Of a stretch of DNA of 64,000 bases, positions 51,671 to 61,890 are shown one piece after another. Source of the DNA: an uncultured delta proteobacterium. Its GTDB lineage: Bacteria; Desulfobacterota; Binatia; JACPRU01. Position 1 is the first letter of the stretch, and each line of letters starts with the position of its first letter. The stretch is taken from NCBI GenBank assembly GCA_963745025.1, contig CAVUWD010000015.1, forward strand, positions 36,441 through 100,440, written 5' to 3'. A program made the translations under genes and the position numbers. The notes under the pieces are model-generated. The model saw only the letters and a program-made list of their open reading frames with translations, made no database searches and was not told where the DNA came from.

Positions 51671-51883
51671 GCAAGCGTGCGTGGAAGAGCCCGACGCACG
51701 AAGCCCAGAAGACGCACAGTTCGATCCAGAGAAGGAAAAACCCCCGCGGGCCAAGGCCAGGAAGCGGGCCAGTCTCGTGCGGAATCTTGGCGATCAGGAT
51801 TCGCTGCGTCGCAGCTCTCGCCGGCTTACCGTTGCCTGGCCCATGTGGGCCAAACTCGGGCTCCGAAGCGGCCGATACGGCAC

Positions 51884-51912
51884 GTTGGAGCAGAAGGAAT
51901 TCGAGCCCTCGA
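51884..51912 (-). other. Inverted tRNA-Ala-like 3' fragment within the island 2 right arm
   Basis: Reverse complement TCGAGGGCTCGAATTCCTTCTGCTCCAAC, 27/29 identical to 44805-44833. Confidence 0.65.
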
Positions 51913-52108
51913 TCGAAGAAGCGCCCCGATTCCTTACGGCTTTGGGGTCCCCTCGGGAGACGAAGCTTCCGGTCTTTTCGCCGCGTCGGCGCACGAGGGA
52001 TTCGGTGCGTAATCTTGAGTTTGGCCCTCGAGGGCTAACCTATCCACTGAAGAGCCACATCCAGCATCATCTGCGGCGAAATTCTCTAGATTTTCCGCAG
52101 TCGGCTCC

Positions 52109-52135
52109 GGGTTCGACTCCCATCCATCTCCGCCA
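52109..52135 (+). repeat. tRNA-Sec 3' duplication (attR of the tandem array)
   Basis: GGGTTCGACTCCCATCCATCTCCGCCA. The downstream sequence diverges from the island left arms. Confidence 0.92.
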
Positions 52136-52224
52136 TTTTTCGCGGAAATTCGAGTGGTCGATAGACCCCGAGGAGGTCCAAAGTGTACCTCTTCGCGCCG
52201 AATCGCGAAGAGTACCGAACCCTC

Positions 52225-52548
52225 GAGCGTTCGGCCGTATTGGCCTCGGCGTAAGCGCCGAAGTCCTTGAGCAGCACATGGCTGTACGCCAGGAACACGC
52301 CGAGGGTCCGCGCATCGCGCAGTTTGAGGTGCCCGCGGAACAAGACCCGATCGGGCAGGGTCACCCTTCCGAGCAGTTCGCCCTGGTGGATCTTCTCGAA
52401 GGCAGTCGGTCTTTTCATGGTCGTGCTGCATGGACCATCTCCCGATCCGGTGTCCAACACCGCAGCCTTCGAGCGACGTCAGGCCCAATGCCCACCGCCG
52501 CGGCAAACGCCTCGCTTGGGTTGCGGGCGTCAAGCCCGCGCTAGGTAG
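52225..52548 (-). mobile_element. Left end plus N-terminal ORF fragment of a poorly characterised IS-like element
   Basis: ORF from ATG 52418: MKRPTAFEKIHQGELLGRVTLPDRVLFRGHL...FL...VLLKDFGAY, resembling the DRL.FRG / LLKDFG.Y family of transposase-like proteins. The end sequence is repeated at 16778-16813. Confidence 0.5.
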
Positions 52549-53234
52549 AATTCAACCGCTTGTGGTGGCTATCCTTACTTCTCGGAAACCGGTGAATTGC
52601 CAGAGGTCTTCCGACTCATCGACCGCAGGCCCGATCTCAATCCAGAACCGTGGTACACGGAGAAGATCGTGAGTAAGAAGGGCCGTATAGTCCGCGATGT
52701 CTCCGAACCGCTTCGCAAGCATCGCGCGCGTGGAGTTCACGGTCGGACTGACGGTGAGGCCCCGCGACGTAAACCCCGCCAGCCCTGATCGCCGCGAGCT
52801 GGCCATCGCGGTTCGCCGCAGCAGTCAGCCGAGTGCCCCGGCGATTTCGGAATTTTAAGTCCGGTGGGTCCACAGCCCTGCTGCCAAGCCGCCCCAAGCC
52901 GCGGCTCATGCGTCGGGGCTTACTTCGGGCCGTGTCGCTGGTAACTTTGCTGCAAGCTGCGACGACGCTCGCGCAGGCAAAGCCGCAGGCGAGTATGGCT
53001 GGAGCAGCTAAACAGTCTCCGAAACCGACACCCGCCCATGCCTACGCCACGGCTCGGGTAGTGCGGATCAAGGTGATCGTCGAGGATTAGGCCGGGGCGG
53101 TGCTGACGGCTCCTGAGGGGTGACCCGCCCGCGGCGGACGTTCGGTGTTCCTAGTGCGCGCCGCGGGGCCTTTTGAACGTCGGCTTCGGTAAGCGTCACA
53201 GGCGGAACGGATCGAGAAGCACGCTCCGGCCATG

Positions 53235-54689
<1,455 letters not shown>

Positions 54690-54812
54690 TCATCAACGGA
54701 AGATGGCGGAGCTCACCCGGGCCGTCCACGCATAGCGCGATTTTCCTCAATTCCTTCCGGCTCTCCCCGTACCGCTGGTGAAACAGCGACGCGGTAACGT
54801 ACCATACTCTGG

Positions 54813-57176
54813 ATGAAGTATGCGGCCGCGCTGTTCGTGACGTCGATCGCGAGTCTTCAGTCTCTTGGAGTCGGTTTTGCCCAGACCGCGTGTAACGCGC
54901 CGGCGCTACCTCTAGCAGGCACTCGTGTCGTCAACGTCGCGACTGAGCCGGCTCTGCAAGCCGCGATGAACAATCTTCAACCCGGAGATACGGTCCTGAT
55001 CGCCGACGGCACGTACAACCTCACGAGCTCGCTCTACATCAACGGGAAGGACAACGTCACGATCCGCGGCACCTCGGGATGCACCGGCGTCGTTCTGGCG
55101 GGAAAGGGAATGGATACGTCCAGTGCGAGCGTGCCGTTCGGCATCTGGTCGAACTCGCGAAACACCACGATCGCCCATCTGACAATCCGGGATACGTGGG
55201 ACAACGAGATCATGTTCAATTCCGGGGCGCAGGCGCCGCACGTCTACAGCGTGAAGCTGTTGAACGCCGGATCGCAATTCATCAAATCCAACCCGACCGA
55301 TGCCACGATGGGAATCGGAGTCAACAATGGGCTCGTAGAATACTCCTGGCTGGAATACACAAACGGTCCTCCCGGTGATCATGGCGGAGGAGCCGGATAC
55401 ACGAACGGCATCAGCGCACACGCTGCCGATGATTGGATCATTCGCGGGAACGTGTTCAAGAATTTTCATACGCCGGATTCCGCAACGTATCTCTGGAACC
55501 CGGCGGTGCTCATGTGGAATCACTCCGCCAACACCCTTACGGAGCGCAATACGTTCATCAACGTGGACCGATCGATCGCATACGGTCTGCAGCTGAATCC
55601 ACCCGGGAACGACCACTCGGGCGGCACGATCCGAAACAACTTCGTGTATCTCCAACCCGGCTTGATGAGCGCGGCACGCAAAGCAAGCTCGGACGGCACC
55701 ATGATCGTTTGGGATTCACCCAACACGAAGGTGTACCACAATACGGTCCTGGCGAATGCGAACATCTTCTACTCCATCGAATTCCGCTTCAGCACGACAA
55801 CGAACGGTGAAGCGCGCAACAATCTCGCGGACCTGCCGATTCACGTTCGGGACGGAGCCGGGGTTACCCAGTCCGGAAATCTCGGGACTGCGACGTCTGG
55901 AATGTTCGTGGATCCTGCATCGGCGAATCTCCATCTACAAGGAACGGCCACGGCGGCGATCGATCAGGCGCCGTTTCTTGCTGCGGTGAGGGATGACTTT
56001 GATGGAGAATCCCGACCGCAAGCACCCGCCTACGATATCGGAGCGGACGAATTCCTTGGGCCAGCCAACACACCGACCCCGGGCAGTACGCCGACGAACA
56101 CTCCGACCCGGACCCCGACGAACAACCCGACTCATACGCCGACGAGCATCCCGACGAAGACGCCGACCAACACATCCACGGCCACCCGCACGCCGACCTC
56201 CACCCCTGCGGCACCGCCGACGCACACCCCGACACCGACCAGCACCCCGGTGCCGACCGCGACGCCGGGCAAAGAGGTCTGCCGCGGGCCGAGCTTCTGG
56301 GCTGCGCACGCACGGTTCGATCCCACGCAGCCGCGCAGCCGCAACATCGCCTCGGCGGCAATCCTCGCCGGGGGCGGCTGCCTGAACATCTGCGGCGAAG
56401 TCATCGTGCCGACCGGCAGCCACTCGAGCTCGACGGATTGCTCGAGCACGGGCAACAACTTCAACTGCCCGAGGATCGTCAACGACGCCGACTCGGCCGA
56501 GGAGGCGCTGTGCGCGGCGCCGACCGGCGACAAGAGGCTGCAGCTCGTGCGGCACCTGACGGCCGCGGCCCTGAACTGCAGCGTCACGACCGGCTCGAGG
56601 GACTGCACCGGAACGAGCGGGGAAGACGCCTTCAAGTCGTGCAACGCGGCATGCGCAAACGGACTGACCAGCGCCTCGATCGACGGCCACCCGCCGGTGG
56701 ATTGCGTCCGGGCACTGAATTGCTTCAACAAGGGAGGCCAGTTCGACTCGGTGACGGGAAAGAAGTGTCGGCTCGGGACGTGCTCGACCAACGATGCGCA
56801 GGCGTGCGGCCCGGGGTTCCCTGCCTGCCCGGGCGGCGGGGGCTGCGTCCCGGCCGTTGGAAACTGTAGCCAGGCCGTATTCGGAGCCTGCTCCGACGCG
56901 CCGGCCGATGGCAATCCCGCGGTGCTGTGCAGCTCGCTGATCGATCCCGGCACGGGGCTCGGAACGTGTAAGAACGGGTCCACGTGCGTCCCGGGGCCTT
57001 CGGGAAGCTCTAGTCAGTGCAACAGCGCCATCGCCAACAGCTGCACCGTGGTCCCGCCGGGCGAGACGAGCTGCGCGGCGGGGAACACATGCCCCGACTC
57101 GGAGGACTGCTGTGATCCGGCCGGCCCGTGCCCGATGTGTCTCAACGGCGACACCTGCACGAGCACCTGCCTGTGA
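54813..57176 (+). CDS. Secreted right-handed parallel beta-helix protein with a PT linker and a Cys-rich C-terminal domain
   Basis: Signal peptide, LQPGDTVLIADGTY, IRGNVF/IRNNF/VYHNTV repeats, YDIGADE, a (PT)n linker, and 32 Cys in the C-terminal ~300 aa. Confidence 0.8.
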   Translation: MKYAAALFVTSIASLQSLGVGFAQTACNAPALPLAGTRVVNVATEPALQAAMNNLQPGDTVLIADGTYNLTSSLYINGKDNVTIRGTSGCTGVVLAGKGMDTSSASVPFGIWSNSRNTTIAHLTIRDTWDNEIMFNSGAQAPHVYSVKLLNAGSQFIKSNPTDATMGIGVNNGLVEYSWLEYTNGPPGDHGGGAGYTNGISAHAADDWIIRGNVFKNFHTPDSATYLWNPAVLMWNHSANTLTERNTFINVDRSIAYGLQLNPPGNDHSGGTIRNNFVYLQPGLMSAARKASSDGTMIVWDSPNTKVYHNTVLANANIFYSIEFRFSTTTNGEARNNLADLPIHVRDGAGVTQSGNLGTATSGMFVDPASANLHLQGTATAAIDQAPFLAAVRDDFDGESRPQAPAYDIGADEFLGPANTPTPGSTPTNTPTRTPTNNPTHTPTSIPTKTPTNTSTATRTPTSTPAAPPTHTPTPTSTPVPTATPGKEVCRGPSFWAAHARFDPTQPRSRNIASAAILAGGGCLNICGEVIVPTGSHSSSTDCSSTGNNFNCPRIVNDADSAEEALCAAPTGDKRLQLVRHLTAAALNCSVTTGSRDCTGTSGEDAFKSCNAACANGLTSASIDGHPPVDCVRALNCFNKGGQFDSVTGKKCRLGTCSTNDAQACGPGFPACPGGGGCVPAVGNCSQAVFGACSDAPADGNPAVLCSSLIDPGTGLGTCKNGSTCVPGPSGSSSQCNSAIANSCTVVPPGETSCAAGNTCPDSEDCCDPAGPCPMCLNGDTCTSTCL

Positions 57177-57294
57177 GCGGCCACGGGACCCTCTTGCCCG
57201 CCTGGGTGCTCGCTACGGGAGCGCGCCTCGTTCGTAGGCGGCCACCACCCAATCCAATGCTGCGCGCCGCGGACGGGCCCATCCAATTTTCCTC

Positions 57295-58476
57295 ATGCTA
57301 AGACTCGCTAAGATTCGACGGTTTACGATGATTTGTGTGTTGATCGGCTTTGGGTCCGTCGCCGGTTTCTGCGTTTTAGAGGGCATGAGCAGCTTGGCTC
57401 TTTTTTCCGCTGACCTTCTCTCGAAGACAGGCGTCGCTGATTGGCCAAGCATGCGCTACGATTCCGAGCTCGGCTGGGTGAACCGGCCGAACGTCTTCAT
57501 GTCTGATCTCTATGGGCCTGGAATTTTTCTTCGAACCAACGCACGGGGCTTTCGAGGTGACCAAGAGGTGACGCGCGAGGCTCCGCGCGATCGCCTCCGA
57601 GTCATCTGTTCGGGAGACTCGTTCACGCTCGGTTATGGCGTTGATGACTACCACGCGTGGTGCCACCTGCTGGGATCGATGGACCACCGATTCGATACAG
57701 TCAACTTGGGGGTGGCGGGCTACGGTATCGACCAAGCCTACCTGAGGTACGTTCGGGTGGGGCATTCGCTAGAGCACACCGTCCACGTGTTCGCGCTCAT
57801 CACGCTAGACTTTTACAGGATGAGGTGTGCGACGTTCTCCGGCTACGGCAAACCGATGCTTGCGGTCAAGGACGGCTTGCTGGTGACCAGGAACGTTCCG
57901 GTGCCGCAATCTCGATTCGCAGTCTTGTTCTCCACTTTCCTGTACCGCCTGAAGAAGGCCGCTCACGCGCTCCGCAGTATCGAATTGGTGAATCGGGCTC
58001 GCAAGCGATTGAGCTACGGCGCCGCTGCTCGAGGCGGCGTAGCTCGCGATGAGAGCATGCACTTCGACGAGGAGACCTGGCAAGTCACCGCGAAGATCTT
58101 CGAAACCTTGCAGCGGATGGATCGCGCCGTGGGTAGCACGCTCTTGATCGTCTACCTTCCCATGGAGTACGACCCCGAGGCTGACGCGTGGCGCGAACGG
58201 CTGCGCGCGGAATCCGAGAAGAGCGGCTTCTCTTATCTCGACCTAGTGCCGGCGCTACGGCAGCTACCGGCGCAGCAAAGGGCCGCCATGTTCCTGTCGG
58301 AAACCACTCCCGCAGCCGGGCATTACACGGACGCGGGCAACGACTGGGTGGCGGAACGAATCCACGACGAGCTACTGCGCTTGGCGCCCGTCGCTGCTCG
58401 TCTCGCCGGGACTCCGGATGTTGGCGGCCAGGAAAGCGACCTCTCAGGTAATCAAGTACTTATGGCGCCTCGGTAG
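57295..58476 (+). CDS. SGNH/GDSL hydrolase-family protein, membrane-anchored
   Basis: YDSELGW, TNARGFRG, GDSFTLGYGV, NLGVAGYGIDQ, GHYT.AGN. Confidence 0.85.
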   Translation: MLRLAKIRRFTMICVLIGFGSVAGFCVLEGMSSLALFSADLLSKTGVADWPSMRYDSELGWVNRPNVFMSDLYGPGIFLRTNARGFRGDQEVTREAPRDRLRVICSGDSFTLGYGVDDYHAWCHLLGSMDHRFDTVNLGVAGYGIDQAYLRYVRVGHSLEHTVHVFALITLDFYRMRCATFSGYGKPMLAVKDGLLVTRNVPVPQSRFAVLFSTFLYRLKKAAHALRSIELVNRARKRLSYGAAARGGVARDESMHFDEETWQVTAKIFETLQRMDRAVGSTLLIVYLPMEYDPEADAWRERLRAESEKSGFSYLDLVPALRQLPAQQRAAMFLSETTPAAGHYTDAGNDWVAERIHDELLRLAPVAARLAGTPDVGGQESDLSGNQVLMAPR

Positions 58477-58504
58477 AAAGCTCCGTCATTGGCGTAGAAG
58501 TTGC
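58450..58504 (+). promoter_or_regulatory. IHF site plus sigma54 (-24/-12) promoter
   Basis: AATCAAGTACTTA (58450-58462) matches WATCAANNNNTTR. TGGC-GTAGAAG-TTGC (58490-58504) has the sigma54 spacing. Confidence 0.6.
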
Positions 58505-58664
58505 CCTTAGCCTAGTTCCGCGTCGAGCAATAGCGGATTGAACGAATTGTTCACTCCGACTGAACGCCTATGCTGTCGGAGCATTCCTGCTGGGGAGGGT
58601 CCCGGTCGGAAAGCAAATCAACCAGCTGCCGGACAGGGTATTCGGTAGATTGCGAGGGCAAGTC

Positions 58665-58859
58665 ATGCGGCGATATTTGACGTGGAAAGGGCTGGGTCTC
58701 GCAGTTCTCACGATGGGGCTAATGTTACCGCCGTTTGCGAGTGCAGGTTTTTGTCCGATCCCCGCCGTGCCGGAAATTGACCCGAGCGTTGCGCAAAGTG
58801 CGCTGACGGTGCTCGTCGGCGGAGTGCTCGTTCTGCTGGGACGTCGCCAGCGCGTTTGA
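58665..58859 (+). CDS. VPEID-CTERM sorting-domain micro-protein 1
   Basis: Signal peptide ending FASA, then GFCPIPA-VPEID, a transmembrane helix and an RRQR tail. Confidence 0.85.
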   Translation: MRRYLTWKGLGLAVLTMGLMLPPFASAGFCPIPAVPEIDPSVAQSALTVLVGGVLVLLGRRQRV

Positions 58860-58903
58860 TCTTGCCGGGTCATCCGGTCGATTTCGCCCGCAGGGGGATA
58901 CCT

Positions 58904-59074
58904 ATGCAACGATTACTCACAGGGCTTGGCATCGCTGTGCTCACCATCGGCGTAGCCTCACCGGCGTTTGCGGATGTTCCTGTACCGGAGATCGACCCGA
59001 GCGTTGCCCAGAGCGCGCTCACGCTTCTCGTCGGCGGCGTCCTCGTTCTGCTGGGACGTCGCCGGGGCGATTGA
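58904..59074 (+). CDS. VPEID-CTERM sorting-domain micro-protein 2
   Basis: Signal peptide ending PAFA, then DVP-VPEID, a transmembrane helix and an RRR tail. Confidence 0.85.
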   Translation: MQRLLTGLGIAVLTIGVASPAFADVPVPEIDPSVAQSALTLLVGGVLVLLGRRRGD

Positions 59075-59127
59075 TTCGCCGCTATTCCCAGCGAGAGCGA
59101 TGGGGCGCGGGGCCCCGATGAGAGTTC

Positions 59128-60795
59128 GTGCTCCGAAACCCTACCTGGTCAGAGATCCCGAGCGTTGAGTCAGGGCGGCCGAGACCGGTCGTAGTGTTGA
59201 GTGCCCTCGGCGCGTTGTTAGTCGCCGAAGGGATTTTTCTGAGCGGCCGCTTCGAGGCCCCCGACGCCCCAATCCTCGGCTCCGCCTTGTGGGCGGTTGT
59301 GCTGTCTCAGGCGCACGTCGCGCTGCGTTTCGCGATTGCGCTCGCAGCGGCCGCGCTGCTGCTCGGCGGCGAAGATCTGCGCACGTGGGTGAAGCAGGCG
59401 TTACCCGCAACGTCCGAGCCCCGTTCGGCCTGGCCGTGGCTGCTGGCTCACCTGCTGGCGTTCTTAGCGTTCTATCAGCTGACCGCGGTAGTTGTGGAAG
59501 GCGATCTGCGTGCATCTCCAACCCCGGGGTGGTGGGTCGGAATCTGGCTGTTGACCGGCATCGTCGCCGTGATCTGCTGCGCGGCGGTCGTTCTGTCGGG
59601 CCGTGCCGTGCTGACCTTCGTTCGCCGGGCTTCGAGAATCCTGCTGATCAGCGCCGCCGTCGGCGCCGTGGCTCTGCTGGCCGGCAGCTTCACGGACTCC
59701 GCTTGGCGTCCGCTCGGCGGTCTGACGCTGCGCATGGTCGCCGCCCTCATCTCGTGCGTGGCGACGGACGGGGTCATGGACCCGGCGCACATGGTCGTGG
59801 GTACGCGACGGTTCTCGATCAAGATCTCACCGGGGTGTTCGGGATACGAAAGCATCGGACTGATCTGGGTGTTTCTCGGCGTGTACCTGTGGGCCTTCCG
59901 CAGATCGTTGCGTCTGCCGCGCGCGTTGCTGCTCCTGCCGCTCGGAGCGGTCCTGATGGGTCTCCTCAACGTGTTTCGTATTGCCTCCCTCATCGCCGTC
60001 GGGACCTGGGTATCGCCCGACATCGCGATCGGGGGGTTCCACTCCTACGCCGGCTGGCTGCTCTTCTGCGGCGTGGCGTTGGGAATGGTGGCGACGACAC
60101 GTCGCTCGTCGTTCTTCACGGCCGTGCCGCTCGTTAGTAGCGAGGGCATCGGTCCAAATCCCACGGCAGCGTACTTAGGGCCGCTGTTGGCGCTGCTTAC
60201 GGTGTCGATGCTCGGCAGTGCGTTTTCAAGAGGGAGCGGGGGCTTCGAGATTCTATACCCGCTGCGCGTGTTGGCTGTGGCCGCAACGCTCTGGATCTTC
60301 CGGCGGCAATACCAGGGGCTGGGATGGACCTGGTCCTGGGCGGCGGTGGGCGCGGGTGTGGCGGTTTTCATTCTGTGGATGGGACTGGAGGGCACGCCAG
60401 CCGCCGCCGGCGACCACGCACTCCAGGAGGGAGTGGGGCAGCTACCTTCCAGCTGGCTGGCTGTCTGGCTGGCGTTTCGCGTTCTGGGAACCGTGGTCAC
60501 CGTGCCGCTTGCCGAGGAGCTGGCGTTTCGAGGATATGCCCTGCGCCGGCTGATCGCTGCGGATTTCGAGAGCGTGAGCTTTCAGCGATTCACCGCGTTG
60601 TCGTTCTTTGGATCGTCGCTGTTGTTCGGCGCCTTGCACAGCCGTCTACTCGCGGGCTCCCTCGCCGGCGCTGCTTACGCCCTCGTGCTCTACCGGCGCG
60701 GCGAAATGAGTGACGCGGTCGTTGCACATGCGACGACCAACGCTCTGCTGGCCGCGTGGGTACTCCGTACGGGAGCATGGTCATTATGGATTTAA
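59128..60795 (+). CDS. xrtE: Exosortase E / CPBP (Abi, CAAX-like) protease fusion, VPEID-CTERM system
   Basis: Exosortase triad C (PGCSG), R (LNVFRI), H (GGFHS). CPBP motifs EELAFRG, FGALH, HATTN. Adjacent to the VPEID substrates. Confidence 0.88.
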   Translation: MLRNPTWSEIPSVESGRPRPVVVLSALGALLVAEGIFLSGRFEAPDAPILGSALWAVVLSQAHVALRFAIALAAAALLLGGEDLRTWVKQALPATSEPRSAWPWLLAHLLAFLAFYQLTAVVVEGDLRASPTPGWWVGIWLLTGIVAVICCAAVVLSGRAVLTFVRRASRILLISAAVGAVALLAGSFTDSAWRPLGGLTLRMVAALISCVATDGVMDPAHMVVGTRRFSIKISPGCSGYESIGLIWVFLGVYLWAFRRSLRLPRALLLLPLGAVLMGLLNVFRIASLIAVGTWVSPDIAIGGFHSYAGWLLFCGVALGMVATTRRSSFFTAVPLVSSEGIGPNPTAAYLGPLLALLTVSMLGSAFSRGSGGFEILYPLRVLAVAATLWIFRRQYQGLGWTWSWAAVGAGVAVFILWMGLEGTPAAAGDHALQEGVGQLPSSWLAVWLAFRVLGTVVTVPLAEELAFRGYALRRLIAADFESVSFQRFTALSFFGSSLLFGALHSRLLAGSLAGAAYALVLYRRGEMSDAVVAHATTNALLAAWVLRTGAWSLWI

Positions 60796-60879
60796 GTGCC
60801 GTCCGAGGCGCGGAGAAGACACAGGCGAGCACGGAGCGTCTCGTGAATACCACGCCTGTACGGTCATGCCCGAATGGCA

Positions 60880-60927
60880 TGTAACATTATGGTTGACAAG
60901 TCGTCGCCTACCATGTTACGCTACGTT
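60880..60927 (+). promoter_or_regulatory. higBA promoter/operator
   Basis: TTGACA (60893-60898) flanked by inverted GTAACAT / ATGTTAC, immediately before the GTG start. Confidence 0.5.
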
Positions 60928-60929
60928 TC

Positions 60930-61205
60930 GTGATCGGTGGCTTCCGGCATCGCGGCCTTGAGGAGCTGTTCAAAACCGGAAAATCGCGACGGGTAAGCGC
61001 GGATCTACGAAAACGAATCCAGGTGCGCCTCGACGCCATCGCGAACGCCACGAACTTCAAAGACTTGGCGCTTCCTGGCTTTAACTTTCATCCGCTCGTC
61101 GGAAAGCCAAAGAGATATTCGATTCATGTGAACGGCCCGTGGACGATCACGTTCGGTTGGGAGGCCGGTGAGGCCGTTGACGTGGACCTGGAGCAGTATC
61201 ATTAG
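60930..61205 (+). CDS. higB: HigB-family (RelE/ParE) toxin
   Basis: MI.GFRHRGLEELF.TG, LPGFNFHPL.G, YSIHVNGPW.ITF, VDLEQYH. Confidence 0.9.
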   Translation: MIGGFRHRGLEELFKTGKSRRVSADLRKRIQVRLDAIANATNFKDLALPGFNFHPLVGKPKRYSIHVNGPWTITFGWEAGEAVDVDLEQYH

Positions 61206-61221
61206 ACGGGAGGCAACGAAC

Positions 61222-61530
61222 ATGGTGATCCGACGTAATCCCGAACGCCGACCGACCCATCCCGGGGAGTTGTTGCGCGAGACCGTGCTTCCCGCGCTTC
61301 GCGTTTCCGTGAGCAAGGCCGCGCGCGAGCTCGGCGTCACGCGCCAGACGCTTCACCGCATTCTTGCAGAGACTCAGCCGGTCACCCCAGACATGGCGGT
61401 TAGGCTCGGCAAGTTTTGCGGGAATGGCCCGCAGCTGTGGCTCACCATGCAGGTCGACTTCGATCTCTGGGAAGCCACGAACCGGTTGAAAGGCGAGATC
61501 AAGAAGATTCCGACGCGGCAGGCAGCATAA
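61222..61530 (+). CDS. higA: HigA-family antitoxin
   Basis: PTHPGELLRE.VLPAL..SVS.AA..LGVTRQTL..IL, VTPDMAVRLGK, WL.MQ..FDLW. Confidence 0.9.
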   Translation: MVIRRNPERRPTHPGELLRETVLPALRVSVSKAARELGVTRQTLHRILAETQPVTPDMAVRLGKFCGNGPQLWLTMQVDFDLWEATNRLKGEIKKIPTRQAA

Positions 61531-61619
61531 GGATGACAAAGCCTCAAGGAAGAAGAGCAGCAAGCTCGCGCCGGTTCATCCGCGAGAGATCCTACACTGG
61601 CACCAAGCCACTTGCGAAT

Positions 61620-61641
61620 TGGTATAACCATAATTATACCA
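61620..61641. promoter_or_regulatory. Toxin-antitoxin operator palindrome
   Basis: TGGTATAA-CCATAA-TTATACCA just upstream of the antitoxin ATG. Confidence 0.6.
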
Positions 61642-61647
61642 CAAATC

Positions 61648-61890
61648 ATGAAAACTGCGGTGTCTCTTCCCGACCCTGTCTTTCACGAGGCCGAGCAGCT
61701 GGCTAGGCGACTCCGAGTGCCGCGTAGTCGGCTCTACGCTACGGCTATCGCGTCCTACGTCAAGCAGCATCGCCGGAAGAGCATTACTGCAGCACTGAAC
61801 GAAGTGTACGGAGACAAAAAAGAGAACTCCGAGGTCGATCCCGTTCTTCAGAAGTTGCAAGAGCGCTCTCTTCACCGTGAGAAGTGGTGA
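61648..61890 (+). CDS. RHH antitoxin (ChpI/MazE-like)
   Basis: MKTAVSLPDPVF.EAE.LA.RL...RSRLY..AI...IT..LNEVY. Confidence 0.85.
   Translation: MKTAVSLPDPVFHEAEQLARRLRVPRSRLYATAIASYVKQHRRKSITAALNEVYGDKKENSEVDPVLQKLQERSLHREKW

Larger units (their letters stand above)
45047..52135. mobile_element. Genomic island 2 integrated at tRNA-Sec (no integrase)
   Basis: The left arm 45047-45148 is homologous to 28907-28996. The right arm 51850-52108 is homologous to 44736-45017. It ends in a tRNA-Sec 3' copy. Confidence 0.8.

Noticed and set aside
44714-52135. The repeats read as a CRISPR array or as integron attC sites
   Set aside because: There is no regular repeat-spacer periodicity, no cas or intI gene and no RYYYAAC/GTTRRRY boxes. 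tRNA-derived att cores explain them better.
56065-56270. Tandem ACNCCG-like DNA repeats
   Set aside because: They simply encode the Pro/Thr linker of the secreted protein.
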